A stretch of 64,000 nucleotides of DNA from Promethearchaeati archaeon (GCA_013166775.1 JABLTJ010000006.1:1-64000), one strand, 5' to 3'. Positions 40,639 through 51,300 are shown, counted from the first letter of the stretch. The notes: generated from the sequence alone by a model not told the origin. Numbers and translations are program-made.

Positions 40639-42153
40639 TTATTTCTTTCTGCGTAGATATACTATTGCAATAATTGGTGTTATTGAAGCTGTGATTATTA
40701 ATAAATCTGTAGCACTGAAACCTATTGTGAAAGTATTACCATTTCCTTCATCTGTTGGATTTTCACCTTCTTTCAGCAACTTAACTGGATGAATGACGAA
40801 ATATGGTTTTCCATCAATATCTTTCAAATCAAAATAATTAGGCCCATCTTCAGAGTTTTGAGCTAAAACCACAGTTATATACATATAGTCTCCTGCAGTG
40901 AAAACCCAATCTTTTCCAACTGAATCACCAGAATTTAGTGGTTTAGAAAATTCCACTTGTCTGTGAGTACTTGTATAGGTAACATTTGCTTGACCATCGT
41001 TCATACCGCCAACTGATTCATCAGCTGTTGGTTCACCAAGACCTCTAGGAATATAACCGTCAAGATAACCGTAGCTTCCCATCATCACGAAATCAGTTCC
41101 TTCTGAATAATTAAGCATATCAACTCCTTTACCTAGCACTAAACCTATCCAGTCTCCAGGTGACTCAAGTTCATCATATAAATCAAAGTAGAAATACATG
41201 TTAACTCCATCATGGCAAACTAACATTGTGATATTCCAAACTAGATTTGTGTCAATTATCCCAGTACTCCAATTTAGATAAGATAGTGTCAATTGATATT
41301 CCATCGCATCATTCCATGCTGCTTCATTAGCTTCACCATCTATTTCAATAGGTTTTACTATGTATGGAGCTTGATATTCAGAACCTTCAACAGATCCTGG
41401 ATACATGGGTCCTCCATATATGTCCAATTGATCTCCTAGATTATCTCCTATATCTAATCGAATGTAGCGGAATTCCTCAGGAATCATTGTACCAAAGTTT
41501 GGTCCATTATCTTCAGGTAAGATATTAATCCATGCTGCAATTTCAACTGCAATTGCTTGTCCATAGTCCAAGAATATATCTTTCCCTGCTGAGTCACCTG
41601 ATCTAAGAGGTTTACTTCCTTCAAAGAAAGAACCATACAAACTTGTGTAGTTTAAGTAGCAAAAGGCATCATTTGTACCACCATAATACTCATCTCCCAT
41701 TGGTGGTGATGGGTCTTCATCCCCATCCGGAAAAGCTAAGTCCATATAAGTATTATAATAAGCATACATGTGTACTCCATCATTCTGTCCTGGTTTACCA
41801 AAGAAATGAATATCTGCTGCTTTAACATGACCCAAATCAACTGGAATGTATAGAAACCAGAAAAGATGAGAATTGTTGTGAGCGAAATTTATGACTGTGG
41901 TTAGTGTGTCATATTCGCTTTGAAAAGTGGTAGTTGTTCCATCATCATAACCAAAGATATCAAAATATCCTTCGTTAGCCATATTCCAATCACCGTAATC
42001 TCCATCAACTAAGATACCAGGATTATATTCAGCAACTAAGGATAGAGTGGGTGCAATTGTATCTTGGGCAGCTGTGTCAATTACGCCTGTGCTCAGGATA
42101 CTTATTCCAAAAATTGTAATAACTACTATTGTTAGTGTTCTATAGACCTTCAT
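40639..42153 (-). CDS. Secreted surface protein with two DOMON/CBM9-like repeats and C-terminal TM anchor
   Basis: Signal peptide; repeated VDG..GDW/IDG....AW and KPL.SGDS.GKD; ends IGF...TM...RRKK. Confidence 0.75.
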   Translation of the reverse strand: MKVYRTLTIVVITIFGISILSTGVIDTAAQDTIAPTLSLVAEYNPGILVDGDYGDWNMANEGYFDIFGYDDGTTTTFQSEYDTLTTVINFAHNNSHLFWFLYIPVDLGHVKAADIHFFGKPGQNDGVHMYAYYNTYMDLAFPDGDEDPSPPMGDEYYGGTNDAFCYLNYTSLYGSFFEGSKPLRSGDSAGKDIFLDYGQAIAVEIAAWINILPEDNGPNFGTMIPEEFRYIRLDIGDNLGDQLDIYGGPMYPGSVEGSEYQAPYIVKPIEIDGEANEAAWNDAMEYQLTLSYLNWSTGIIDTNLVWNITMLVCHDGVNMYFYFDLYDELESPGDWIGLVLGKGVDMLNYSEGTDFVMMGSYGYLDGYIPRGLGEPTADESVGGMNDGQANVTYTSTHRQVEFSKPLNSGDSVGKDWVFTAGDYMYITVVLAQNSEDGPNYFDLKDIDGKPYFVIHPVKLLKEGENPTDEGNGNTFTIGFSATDLLIITASITPIIAIVYLRRKK

Positions 42154-42351
42154 TTTGAACCCCCGTTCAAATGTTCTAATTATATTTATCCTTTTTTTAT
42201 ATATATACGATATGTTTGAGGAAAATGGAATTATGGGAGTTCGAGAAAAGTGGAGTTGTCTTCTTAAGAATTTTTGTCAGTATTTTAAATACATTTCAGT
42301 TTTTATAATGAAATCTATAACTGAAAATAACCTCATGGAGTAGAGATTATA

Positions 42352-43350
42352 TTGAAAATCTTAGCTACAGCAGATAGCCATTTTGGCTATGAATTTGGAA
42401 GAACTTCACAAGCTAAGAATCAATCTATTCAAAAGATGTTCGATGTTTATCAAGAAGTAATGAAACAAGCAAAATCAGAAAGAGTTGACCTAGTACTCCA
42501 TGGTGGAGATATGTTTAATCGATCTCAACCAAAGGAGAAAATAATCTCTGAAGCTTACAATATAATCAGGAACTTGGCAGAAGATGGAATCCCATTCATT
42601 GGAATACCTGGAAATCATGATAGATCAAAACTCCCTGAATCACTTCTAAATTTCATAAGCAAAGATATATATTTACTTAGTAAATTCTCTGCTATTGAAA
42701 TAGAAGATTTAGTAATACTTGGATTTCCGTTTATTGGTAAGGATCCAAGAGTAATTCTATCAAAAACATATAATCTAGCTAAGAGTTCTCCACAAAAATC
42801 TTTTCTTATTCTATGTCATCAACTCTTTGATGGTGCCATGTTTGGTCCCCACCAACATGTTTTCAAAAATAAATCTGATACGCTAGTGACTACAGATTTG
42901 CCAGAAAATGTTAGATTGATTTTATCAGGTCACATTCATAGAGCTCAATCTTTGCAAAACAGACGAGTATTTTATACAGGATCTTTAGAGAGAACTAGTT
43001 TTATGGAAATTGTTGAACCGAAGGGATATCTGTTGATCAATTTGGAAGATGATTACCTTGATGTAAAATTCCAGAAAATAGAGACATCGCCTATGGAAGT
43101 CAAAGAGCTGGATATAACTAATGTTAACCAAATCTCAAAGCTAATTGAACAACATTATCCAGATAATAGCATTAGAACGCAACTTCGATTTTTTGGAAGA
43201 AAACTAACAGAAGATGAAATTAAATTCCTTTGGAGTTACTTACCAGCAAAAGAATTTCCTCTCATTTCTTTCTCTCCAAAGAAACCTTCACACATTCTGA
43301 GGAAACTATATAACAACAAAAAAAAGAATTTTCAGTTTGAAGCGAGTTAA
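42352..43350 (+). CDS. Mre11/SbcD-like metallophosphoesterase
   Basis: ADSHFG, GGDMFN, GNHD, CHQ, GHIH and YTGSLERTSF.E motifs. Confidence 0.88.
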   Translation: MKILATADSHFGYEFGRTSQAKNQSIQKMFDVYQEVMKQAKSERVDLVLHGGDMFNRSQPKEKIISEAYNIIRNLAEDGIPFIGIPGNHDRSKLPESLLNFISKDIYLLSKFSAIEIEDLVILGFPFIGKDPRVILSKTYNLAKSSPQKSFLILCHQLFDGAMFGPHQHVFKNKSDTLVTTDLPENVRLILSGHIHRAQSLQNRRVFYTGSLERTSFMEIVEPKGYLLINLEDDYLDVKFQKIETSPMEVKELDITNVNQISKLIEQHYPDNSIRTQLRFFGRKLTEDEIKFLWSYLPAKEFPLISFSPKKPSHILRKLYNNKKKNFQFEAS

Positions 43351-43397
43351 TTTTGTAAATTTCTAAGGATTAAAAGAATAAAACCAGATATTATTTT

Positions 43398-43535
43398 ATG
43401 GAATTAAACGAAGTTATGGATGAGCTTGAGAGACAAGGAATTGCTCAGAATGTAAAAATTTACAAACATCATGGTTCTGGAGATAATGACTTTGAGGTAA
43501 GTTTTGCTAACCTAAAGGAGAAATTTCTAGTTTAA
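43398..43535 (+). pseudogene. Truncated remnant of an AlkD-like DNA alkylation repair protein
   Basis: Translates MELNEVMDELERQGIAQNVKIYKHHGSGDNDFEVSFANLK, resembling the N-terminus of DNA alkylation repair family proteins, then stops after 45 aa. Confidence 0.6.
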
Positions 43536-44147
43536 ATAGGGATTTTTTATTGAAAGGTAAATGTGACTTCAGTGTGCTATATTAAGAAAAAGAAAGAATT
43601 AGTAAACCTAAGCCGAGAAATCACAGAATTGTATTGTTTTAATAGTCGAAATCAAAGTTGGACTGCAATGTAACTCTAAGGAATAAAAAAACAGATATTC
43701 TATTTGAGAACATAAAATTTGGCTCTTTTTCTATTGTCGTCTATCAGTAACGATCAGCAATTAACTAGTCGCATACTAGAAACGACAAAAAATATGCCAG
43801 TCGATTTCTAAATGCAAGGTAGTGCTTGAAATCAAAAATAAGAAGTTGTTAATAAGTTTTTTAATATAATTGAAAATTGGAGAGCAATAATGGAGATTTT
43901 AATTCTAATTTATCTATAACTTTGAAATTCATTCCTTTGCTTAATGATCAAATCATAATTGCTTTCGATTCAATGTCTACAACATAAAAAGAATATACTA
44001 ATATTTTGTGAATTGTTTGTGAAAATAATAAATGATTTTTATAAAATATTGATTCTGCTTATTATTTCTGAATTGTTATACAAAAAATATATAAATATGA
44101 AAATTGGTAACTTAATGATTAACAAAATCATGAAGAGAGTAAGAAAA

Positions 44148-44537
44148 ATGAAGGTGAGAGACAATATACTAATAAGTTCTATTATTACTATACTAATTCT
44201 TGGAGGTCCTCTGATTGTTAGTGCTATAGAGTTAGATTCTGGAGGAGGAGAAGATTCTCCAACTCATGTTAACGTAGCTCTTGATATCACAAAAATCCAT
44301 CTTTGGGACGATGGTGATGCAATAGCAGTAGCACTTGCAAATAAACCACCAATAATACTTGCAGATGAACCAACAGGGAATATAGATGTGGAAAACTCTA
44401 GAGTTGTTTATGAACTATTATCTGAGATGTGCTATATCCACAATACAACCTTACTTTTAGCATCTCATGATCCTGATGCAGCAAATTTTGTTGATAGAGA
44501 AATTTTGTTATCAAAATTAAAATCAAAAGAATTATGA
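44148..44537 (+). pseudogene. Chimeric ORF: secreted-protein N-terminus fused to the C-terminal part of an ABC ATPase
   Basis: Signal peptide MKVRDNILISSIITILILGG..., then abruptly AIAVALANKPPIILADEPTGNID...SHD; no Walker A or LSGGQ. Confidence 0.7.
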
Positions 44538-44548
44538 CGCAAATTCAG

Positions 44549-45307
44549 CTAAAGCTCTTTGATTAAATAGCGATAACGATATTTCTCCTTGAACCCTACT
44601 TTTTTGTATAAATTTATTGCTGATGTATTTTCTGATTCTACTTGTAAGAAAACTCTGTCTACTAAATTAACATCCCCCCATTCTATCATATTAGCTAATA
44701 TCGTCTGTGCAATTCCTTTGCGTCTATAGTCTGGATGAGTAAACATACTGTAAATAACCATGTAATTCTCTTGGAGAACGGCAAGACCCACAGCTACAGT
44801 TTTTTTATTATCTCTAGCTACGAAATACCCTACATTGGATTGAGCAATTCTACTAATAATTTCTCTTCTTCCATCAATCTGTAGTTTATCTGTTTGATTG
44901 ATTAATTGCAGATCATTCAACCATTTATCTAATTGATTCTCCAGAAGGTGAAACTCATATTTTTCATTTTGATAAGGAAGGTTAATTTCATCAATATTAG
45001 CCATCATGACAATTGTTTCATCTACTATTTTGTAATCGAGTGATAGAAGTTTATCTTGTAGAGATACAGGTTCAAAGGTGTCGTGTAATTGAAATATTGA
45101 AGGAAGTCTATTGACTCGATAATAATTCTCAACTACTGAAATATCTTCAATTAAATTATTACCAGAATATTCCAATGGAGATACACTATTTGCTCTCTTA
45201 GTAATCCCCTCGGAAATCCGAATCTTCCAGCCATTTAGATTTAAAATCATCTTAGGTGGCCAAGTAAGAATCGATATCTCCTGCAATATTCTTATTTCAT
45301 TGCTCAT
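44549..45307 (-). CDS. GNAT acetyltransferase
   Basis: G.TKRANSV, THPDYRRKGIA and LQVE..N..AINLY.K.GF motifs. Confidence 0.88.
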   Translation of the reverse strand: MSNEIRILQEISILTWPPKMILNLNGWKIRISEGITKRANSVSPLEYSGNNLIEDISVVENYYRVNRLPSIFQLHDTFEPVSLQDKLLSLDYKIVDETIVMMANIDEINLPYQNEKYEFHLLENQLDKWLNDLQLINQTDKLQIDGRREIISRIAQSNVGYFVARDNKKTVAVGLAVLQENYMVIYSMFTHPDYRRKGIAQTILANMIEWGDVNLVDRVFLQVESENTSAINLYKKVGFKEKYRYRYLIKEL

Positions 45308-45409
45308 ATCTCTATCTTCAGTCAGAAAGTTATAAAAATACTGCAACAGCAATAACACCTTGCAAAGGTGTGCATAAATTTAAAACAGTTTTTAATAATA
45401 AATATTCAA

Positions 45410-46219
45410 ATGAGGGTGATTCTTCGCAATCCTACTAAACAGGAGATAATTCGTGCGATTGAGGAAAATATATTTGAGTACAGAAAATGGTATTCAAAAA
45501 GAATCAAGGGGATTGAAATAATCGAAAATGATGAATATTATCTATTTAATTCTGGTTTGGAGTTTGGTTTTGCTAATTTTGTACTAAACGTTAGGATATC
45601 TGAAGAAATCGAACCAAAAATCAAACAACTATGTTCATATTTTCAAGAAAGAAATTTACCTTTTCATGTTTTAATTTCCCCAAATAGTAAGCCTGCTAAT
45701 ATTGAAGATAAGCTAACGAATTATGGATTAATCCTCCGTTTTCAAGAACCTGGAATGGCTTGTAATCTCAAGAATTTTGAAGAAAAACCTATTCAACCAG
45801 AAGGAATAGAAGCATCTCTCGTTTCAGATTTGAAAGGAATGAATGATTGGAACAAAATAAGAAAAATAGTTTATAATTTTCCTAAAGAGTTAGATGAAGA
45901 TTCTTTTCTATTTCATGTACATGAATTAGAAGGAAGAGCATATGTAGCTTATTCAAATAAAACACCTGTAGCTGTTTCTCTTTCATATTATGGATCTGGA
46001 GTAGCAGGAATATATTCGGTTGCTACCTTGCCAGATCATAGACAAAGAGGAATTGGAAAGTACTTGACTCTTCTTCTTCTTGAAGATGCTAAAAGAGCAG
46101 GATATGAATTAGTAATCCTACAATCTAGTACCATGGGTATCAATATCTATAGAAAACTTGGGTTCAAAAAATACTGCGATATGAGATTTTTTACTTGGAA
46201 GTTAGATGATATAAGCTAA
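45410..46219 (+). CDS. GNAT acetyltransferase
   Basis: GIYSVATLPDHRQRGIG and LQSS.MG..IY.KLGF motifs. Confidence 0.88.
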   Translation: MRVILRNPTKQEIIRAIEENIFEYRKWYSKRIKGIEIIENDEYYLFNSGLEFGFANFVLNVRISEEIEPKIKQLCSYFQERNLPFHVLISPNSKPANIEDKLTNYGLILRFQEPGMACNLKNFEEKPIQPEGIEASLVSDLKGMNDWNKIRKIVYNFPKELDEDSFLFHVHELEGRAYVAYSNKTPVAVSLSYYGSGVAGIYSVATLPDHRQRGIGKYLTLLLLEDAKRAGYELVILQSSTMGINIYRKLGFKKYCDMRFFTWKLDDIS

Positions 46220-46274
46220 TTCTTCTGGAATGTTTCAAGATTAATTTTATATAATTCTCAATTCATCTAGATTT

Positions 46275-47237
46275 ATGGTTTATGATCCTTTCCTAATTAT
46301 TAATCCTAATGCTGATTCAGGCAAAACAGGCAAAAAACTAAATAAACTTCTTCCTCAAATCAAAGAGCATTTTGGTGATATCAATTATGAAGTAACAACA
46401 AAACCAAGAGATGAGGTTTCAATTACAAAAAAAGCAGTTGAGAAAGGATACAAAACTATTCTGTCAATGGGAGGAGATGGAACCGCTTCAAACATTGGTG
46501 ATGTGTTAATAGATTACCCAGAAGTAAAACTAGGAATGTTATTAGCTGGGTCAATGAATGATTGGGCAAGAACTCATTCTTTACCTTTGAAATTTAAGGA
46601 AAACATGGAAGTTATATCTGAAGGTTACCATGAATCCTTTCCAGCTTTGAAATGCGTTGGGGACAGAACTCGTTACGCATTTGATCATGTCGATGGAGGT
46701 TTTGTAGCAGAAGCTGGAGCTGCAGCACAACATGAAGCGAAATGGATAAAGAATGGTTTCTTAAAATATACTTACCTTGCTCTAAAATATGTCATTAAGT
46801 TCAAGAATGTCCAAGTTGATATTCAGATTGATGATGGAGAGGTTCTTCGAGTAGATGATCTTTCTGCAAGTGTATTTGGTTTTAGTGATGAAATAGCGGG
46901 ATTCAAGATACTTCCAGGAAATTCATTTTTCTCAAGGAAGAATAATGATATTGGATTTGTTTTTGCTAGGGGATTAAAGGGAATAAGTAGATTGCAATTG
47001 TTACTCAAAACATCTTCAGGAAAACATGTAGATATGAAAGGTGTTTGGCTAGCTCGAGGAAAGAAAATCACAATAGAGTCTGAGAGAACTTTAGCATGGG
47101 AAGCAGAAGGGGAATTGTTCAACGAAATGGAAAAGAAAGTTTCTATTGAATACATAGAAAATGCACTAAATCTAATTGTTCCTAAACAAAGAGAATATTT
47201 AGAAAATTTTGATGAATCTAGATACTATAAAAGCTAA
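46275..47237 (+). CDS. Diacylglycerol kinase family (YegS/DagK-like) lipid kinase
   Basis: IINPNA, GGDGT, GSMNDWAR and EGE motifs. Confidence 0.88.
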   Translation: MVYDPFLIINPNADSGKTGKKLNKLLPQIKEHFGDINYEVTTKPRDEVSITKKAVEKGYKTILSMGGDGTASNIGDVLIDYPEVKLGMLLAGSMNDWARTHSLPLKFKENMEVISEGYHESFPALKCVGDRTRYAFDHVDGGFVAEAGAAAQHEAKWIKNGFLKYTYLALKYVIKFKNVQVDIQIDDGEVLRVDDLSASVFGFSDEIAGFKILPGNSFFSRKNNDIGFVFARGLKGISRLQLLLKTSSGKHVDMKGVWLARGKKITIESERTLAWEAEGELFNEMEKKVSIEYIENALNLIVPKQREYLENFDESRYYKS

Positions 47238-47310
47238 ACTATCCCAAGAGTTTATCCAAAAAATCCAATTTTAAACACTGGATGTATAAAAAGGAAGAAA
47301 CGACGTAAAT

Positions 47311-47844
47311 TTAGTCTTCTTCATAAGCGACCGAAACAATTTTCTTTTTTTCTTTCTCTTTTTCTTTTTTAAGCTTAGGATTGAAAGTCCATAAATCATT
47401 CCAAATAAAATTATTAATCATACCTACAAAAAAAGCGATGCTTGATGCAAGGTACTCATTAGCATGCAATAGCGTAAATAGGACATACATAACTCCTGTA
47501 TAGAAAGCAAGACCTGTCAATCCTATCAAAGTAAATTGAATAAATTGTTTGATTGTATTGGTTTGAACATCTTTTTCCAATTCTTTAAACGTCCAACTCT
47601 TATTCAATATGAAATTAAAAACCATTACAATAGCTATTGATATTAGAGATGCAACTAGAGCTTTTTCTATATCAAACCTCCAAATTTCAAAGAGAAGGTC
47701 ATTTTCAAAAAATCTATCTAACAAAAGGAGAAAGAGATATATTAAGAGTTCATTTAATCCCCACCCTATCAAACCAATCACAGCAAATTTAGCAAATCTT
47801 TTCCCTCTTTGTGTTGAAAAGAATTTATCTTTCTCCGTTTTCAT
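47311..47844 (-). CDS. GtrA family membrane protein
   Basis: KFAVIG, NFILNKSWTF and NFIWNDLWTF motifs. Confidence 0.88.
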   Translation of the reverse strand: MKTEKDKFFSTQRGKRFAKFAVIGLIGWGLNELLIYLFLLLLDRFFENDLLFEIWRFDIEKALVASLISIAIVMVFNFILNKSWTFKELEKDVQTNTIKQFIQFTLIGLTGLAFYTGVMYVLFTLLHANEYLASSIAFFVGMINNFIWNDLWTFNPKLKKEKEKEKKKIVSVAYEED

Positions 47845-47937
47845 GAAAATACCTGATAGATGAAATATCTTTTGTAGTTTTTAAAATTTGTATTGCTTTT
47901 TGATTCAGAAATAATGAAAAAAATAAAAAGGAAGAGA

Positions 47938-49173
47938 TTAGAAAATCTTTAGTTCTTTTCCTAGTTTCTCAAAAGTTCCCAAAGCTAAATTGAGATCGTC
48001 TTTGGTTAAACCAGCATTCATCATAACTCTGATTCTTGCTGTTCCTCTTGGTACCATTGGGAACATTATTGGTAAAGCAAATATGCCTTCTTCCATTAAT
48101 CTACTACTCATTTTAGTAGCTACTTCGTTCTCACCACAAATGATAGGCACAATAGCGGTAGGACATTCAGCAGAAGCTGAAGTAATTGGATGGTTGAAGC
48201 CTATATTTACAATCTCGTTCTTGAAGTAATTACAATTATCTAGAAGTTTCTCAACTACAGGAATGAAAAGCTCAGATTTTGGATCAAGAAGTTCTAATGA
48301 ACCAATTGCTGCACCAGCAACACCAGGTGGTTGAGAACCACTAAGTAAGTAAGAACGTCCAGTGTTTCTTAGAAAATTAACTAAATCTTGTGAACCAACA
48401 ATCGCTCCACCTACGACACCCATTGCTTTAGAGTATGTGTTCATTTCAACCTGAACTTTACCTTGAAGACCAAAATGATCAACGATACCTTTACCTTTCT
48501 TATCACGACCAAGAACACCGTCTCCATGAGCATCATCAACAAAGATCATTGCACCGTATTCTTCACTGAGTTTTTGAATCTCATCTAATGGAGACATATC
48601 TCCATCCATTGAGAAAACACCATCAGTGATAACAAGTATTCGCTTTTCTCCATTAGGATCAGCAGCATCTGCTTCTCTTAGTCTGTCTTCTAAGCTTCCC
48701 ATATCAACATGATCATAGATTGTTCTAACTGTTTTTGTTAATCTTACACCATCAATGATAGAACCATGATTTAACTGATCTGAGATTATGAAATCGTCTC
48801 TCCTTACTAAGGGAGGGATAGCACCTTCATTTGCAATAAATCCTGACATCCAAACAATTGAAGCTTCTTGTTCTTTGAAATCAGCATGCTTTCTTTCCCA
48901 CTCTTCATGTATAGCCATATTTCCTGCTATTGCTCTTACTGAACCTGAACCAGCACCATATTTCTCCACAGCTTCTATTGCTCTTTTCCTGAGATGGGGG
49001 TGGTTGCTAAGATTTAGGTAATTATTAGAACATAGCATCAAAAGTTCTTGACCATCAACAACAACTTGTGTTTCCGAAGGAGTTTCAAGTTTTCGATGTA
49101 CCCACTCTCTACCTTCAGCTTGAATTTTTTGATATTCTTCTTTTAAAAATGCGGTTGGATTTCTTTTTACCAT
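47938..49173 (-). CDS. kbl: Glycine C-acetyltransferase / AONS family PLP enzyme
   Basis: SNNYL, GAGSGSVR, NHGSIIDG, DGVFSMDG, DDAHG, TYSKA (Lys intact) and ARIR motifs. Confidence 0.88.
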   Translation of the reverse strand: MVKRNPTAFLKEEYQKIQAEGREWVHRKLETPSETQVVVDGQELLMLCSNNYLNLSNHPHLRKRAIEAVEKYGAGSGSVRAIAGNMAIHEEWERKHADFKEQEASIVWMSGFIANEGAIPPLVRRDDFIISDQLNHGSIIDGVRLTKTVRTIYDHVDMGSLEDRLREADAADPNGEKRILVITDGVFSMDGDMSPLDEIQKLSEEYGAMIFVDDAHGDGVLGRDKKGKGIVDHFGLQGKVQVEMNTYSKAMGVVGGAIVGSQDLVNFLRNTGRSYLLSGSQPPGVAGAAIGSLELLDPKSELFIPVVEKLLDNCNYFKNEIVNIGFNHPITSASAECPTAIVPIICGENEVATKMSSRLMEEGIFALPIMFPMVPRGTARIRVMMNAGLTKDDLNLALGTFEKLGKELKIF

Positions 49174-49329
49174 ATTAGCACCTTTACAGTCTAGCTTCAT
49201 AACTTTTTGTCCCTTTTTATCTTTTATCGTCTGGATTATGCTTTATCCTTTCCAAAAAAAGCTGTTTTTCCCATTTTATCAGCAAAAAGATTTTTATGTG
49301 ATTTTTTTTAACAATTATCAAGCTATAAA

Positions 49330-50547
49330 GTGTTGAGAATAATGGTCTCTGTTAAGTATGAAAAAATTGGATGCGCTTATGATGATTTTATAGTAGTACA
49401 AGATTTCGATTTAGAGATACCAGATGGAACTATTACTACCCTCTTAGGTCCTAGTGGTTGTGGAAAAACAACTGTTCTGAGAGCTCTTGCAGGTTTTGTT
49501 GAACCTTTTGAAGGTAAGGTTTTTCTAGGTGATAAGGATATAACCATCCTTCCTCCACAGAAACGAAATACTGCTATGATATTTCAAAACTATGCTCTCT
49601 GGCCACATTTAACCATTTTCAAAAATGTTGAATACGGGCTGAAAATGAGAGAACCTGAGGAATTAGCAAATCTAGAATCTCCATGGTACAGTAAGATATA
49701 CTTCTTCACAAAACCCTATTTCTGGATTAGAAATTTAATCAAAAGAAAAGATAAAATCAGCTATGATGATAAAAGAGCAGAATTTGATAAAAAGTTTGAA
49801 TACAGAAGAGAAAAGGTACTTGATGTATTATCATTGGTTCATTTAGAAGATCAAGCTTCGAAACTACCAACACAACTTTCAGGGGGGCAACAACAAAGAA
49901 TTGCTCTTTGTCGTGCAATTGTAACGCAACCTGATGTTCTATTATGTGATGAACCTTTGTCAAATCTTGATGCAAAATTGAGGAAAGAAATTAGGACAGA
50001 GATAAGATCTATTATAAAGAAAATTGGTATGACAGCAGTTTACGTAACACATGATCAAGAAGAAGCACTTGCTATCAGTGATAGGATTGCAATTCTACAT
50101 GAAGGTATAATTCAACAATATGGCACTCCATTAGAAGTTTTTACTGACCCTGCAACACTTTTCGTAGCACAATTTATAGGTACTTCAAGCACTCTAGTAG
50201 GAAAAGTAGTAAAACCAAATGTTGTGGAACTAAAAGGAGGAGAACAAATAAATACACAGATCAAGGAAAATATTCCTAATGATACTGAAGTTAATCTTGT
50301 TGTTCGTCCAGAACACGTAAGTCTTACAAGTGAAACTGAATGTCAAGTAGAATTTGTAATTAATACTATAGAATACCTAGGTACTGAAGTCAAGATGACT
50401 GGAACACTAAAAGATGAAACTATTTTACTTTTAGATGTAACTGAGCAACCTCATGAATTCGCAAAAATGAAAGTAGGCGACAACGTAACAGCATATGTTG
50501 ATCCAAAAGAAGTTTTTGTTTTCATTGGACAAGAAAGAAAATACTAA
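49330..50547 (+). CDS. PotA/MalK-type ABC ATP-binding protein with TOBE domain and ~45-aa insertion
   Basis: GPSGCGKT, FQNYALWPH, LSGGQQQR, DEPLSNLD and THDQEEA motifs. Confidence 0.9.
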   Translation: MLRIMVSVKYEKIGCAYDDFIVVQDFDLEIPDGTITTLLGPSGCGKTTVLRALAGFVEPFEGKVFLGDKDITILPPQKRNTAMIFQNYALWPHLTIFKNVEYGLKMREPEELANLESPWYSKIYFFTKPYFWIRNLIKRKDKISYDDKRAEFDKKFEYRREKVLDVLSLVHLEDQASKLPTQLSGGQQQRIALCRAIVTQPDVLLCDEPLSNLDAKLRKEIRTEIRSIIKKIGMTAVYVTHDQEEALAISDRIAILHEGIIQQYGTPLEVFTDPATLFVAQFIGTSSTLVGKVVKPNVVELKGGEQINTQIKENIPNDTEVNLVVRPEHVSLTSETECQVEFVINTIEYLGTEVKMTGTLKDETILLLDVTEQPHEFAKMKVGDNVTAYVDPKEVFVFIGQERKY

Positions 50548-50594
50548 ATCTTCTTTTCTTTTTATTTTCTAAAATCTTTATATATGATTAATCT

Positions 50595-51293
50595 TTGATT
50601 TTAATGATTAACATGTTTGAATATGAAGGTATAAAGATACATTGGTTAGGACATGATGCATTCTGGATAGAAGCTAAAGATAAAAATATCTACTTGGATC
50701 CATTCAAGTTAGGAAAAACTGATTTACCCTCAGCTGATATTATAATAACTTCCCATGAGCATTTTGATCATTGCAATGCAGATGCAATCAATATGATAAG
50801 TGGTGAAAATTCTGTATTAATAGGACCAAAAATAACACAAGAGATTCTCAATAATCAAATTACAGTCAAAAAGGAAGTAAAAGAGTTAAATCCAGGAGAA
50901 ATGGTAGAGATTGAAGGAATCAAGATAAAAGCTATACCAGCTTATAATATACATAGATTCAGAGATCCTGAAACAAAGACACCTTTTCATCCAAAGGAAT
51001 CGGGTCATATTGGTCCGATTATTGATATTGATGGAATAACAATCTATCATGCTGGTGATGCTGATCTGATAAATGAGATGGTTGATTTGCAACCCACAAT
51101 TGCGTTAATACCAGTATCTGGAACATATGTCATGGATGTACCAGAAGCAGTTGAAGCTGCTAAATCTATCAAAGCTAAGATTACTATCCCTATGCATGTT
51201 GGAAGAGGAATCGGAGATCTTTCTTTCTTAGAAGATTTCAAAAACAGTCTTCCAGAATTCGAAATTGTTCTCCTAGAATTGGAAGAAGATTAA
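50595..51293 (+). CDS. Metallo-beta-lactamase fold hydrolase (UPF0173-like)
   Basis: WLGH, SHEHFDH, YHAGD and IPMH motifs. Confidence 0.88.
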   Translation: MILMINMFEYEGIKIHWLGHDAFWIEAKDKNIYLDPFKLGKTDLPSADIIITSHEHFDHCNADAINMISGENSVLIGPKITQEILNNQITVKKEVKELNPGEMVEIEGIKIKAIPAYNIHRFRDPETKTPFHPKESGHIGPIIDIDGITIYHAGDADLINEMVDLQPTIALIPVSGTYVMDVPEAVEAAKSIKAKITIPMHVGRGIGDLSFLEDFKNSLPEFEIVLLELEED

Positions 51294-51300
51294 AAGAGAA

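Noticed and set aside
42155-42343. 62-aa ORF between the surface-protein gene and the nuclease
   Set aside because: Spans a divergent promoter region, has a TTG start and no recognisable features
43734-43790. Second box C/D sRNA candidate (two CTGA on the minus strand inside an inverted repeat)
   Set aside because: No proper box C next to the stem and the spacing is wrong
43959-44147. Long N-terminal extension of ORF 43959-44537
   Set aside because: AT-rich promoter-like sequence; the plausible start is ATG 44148
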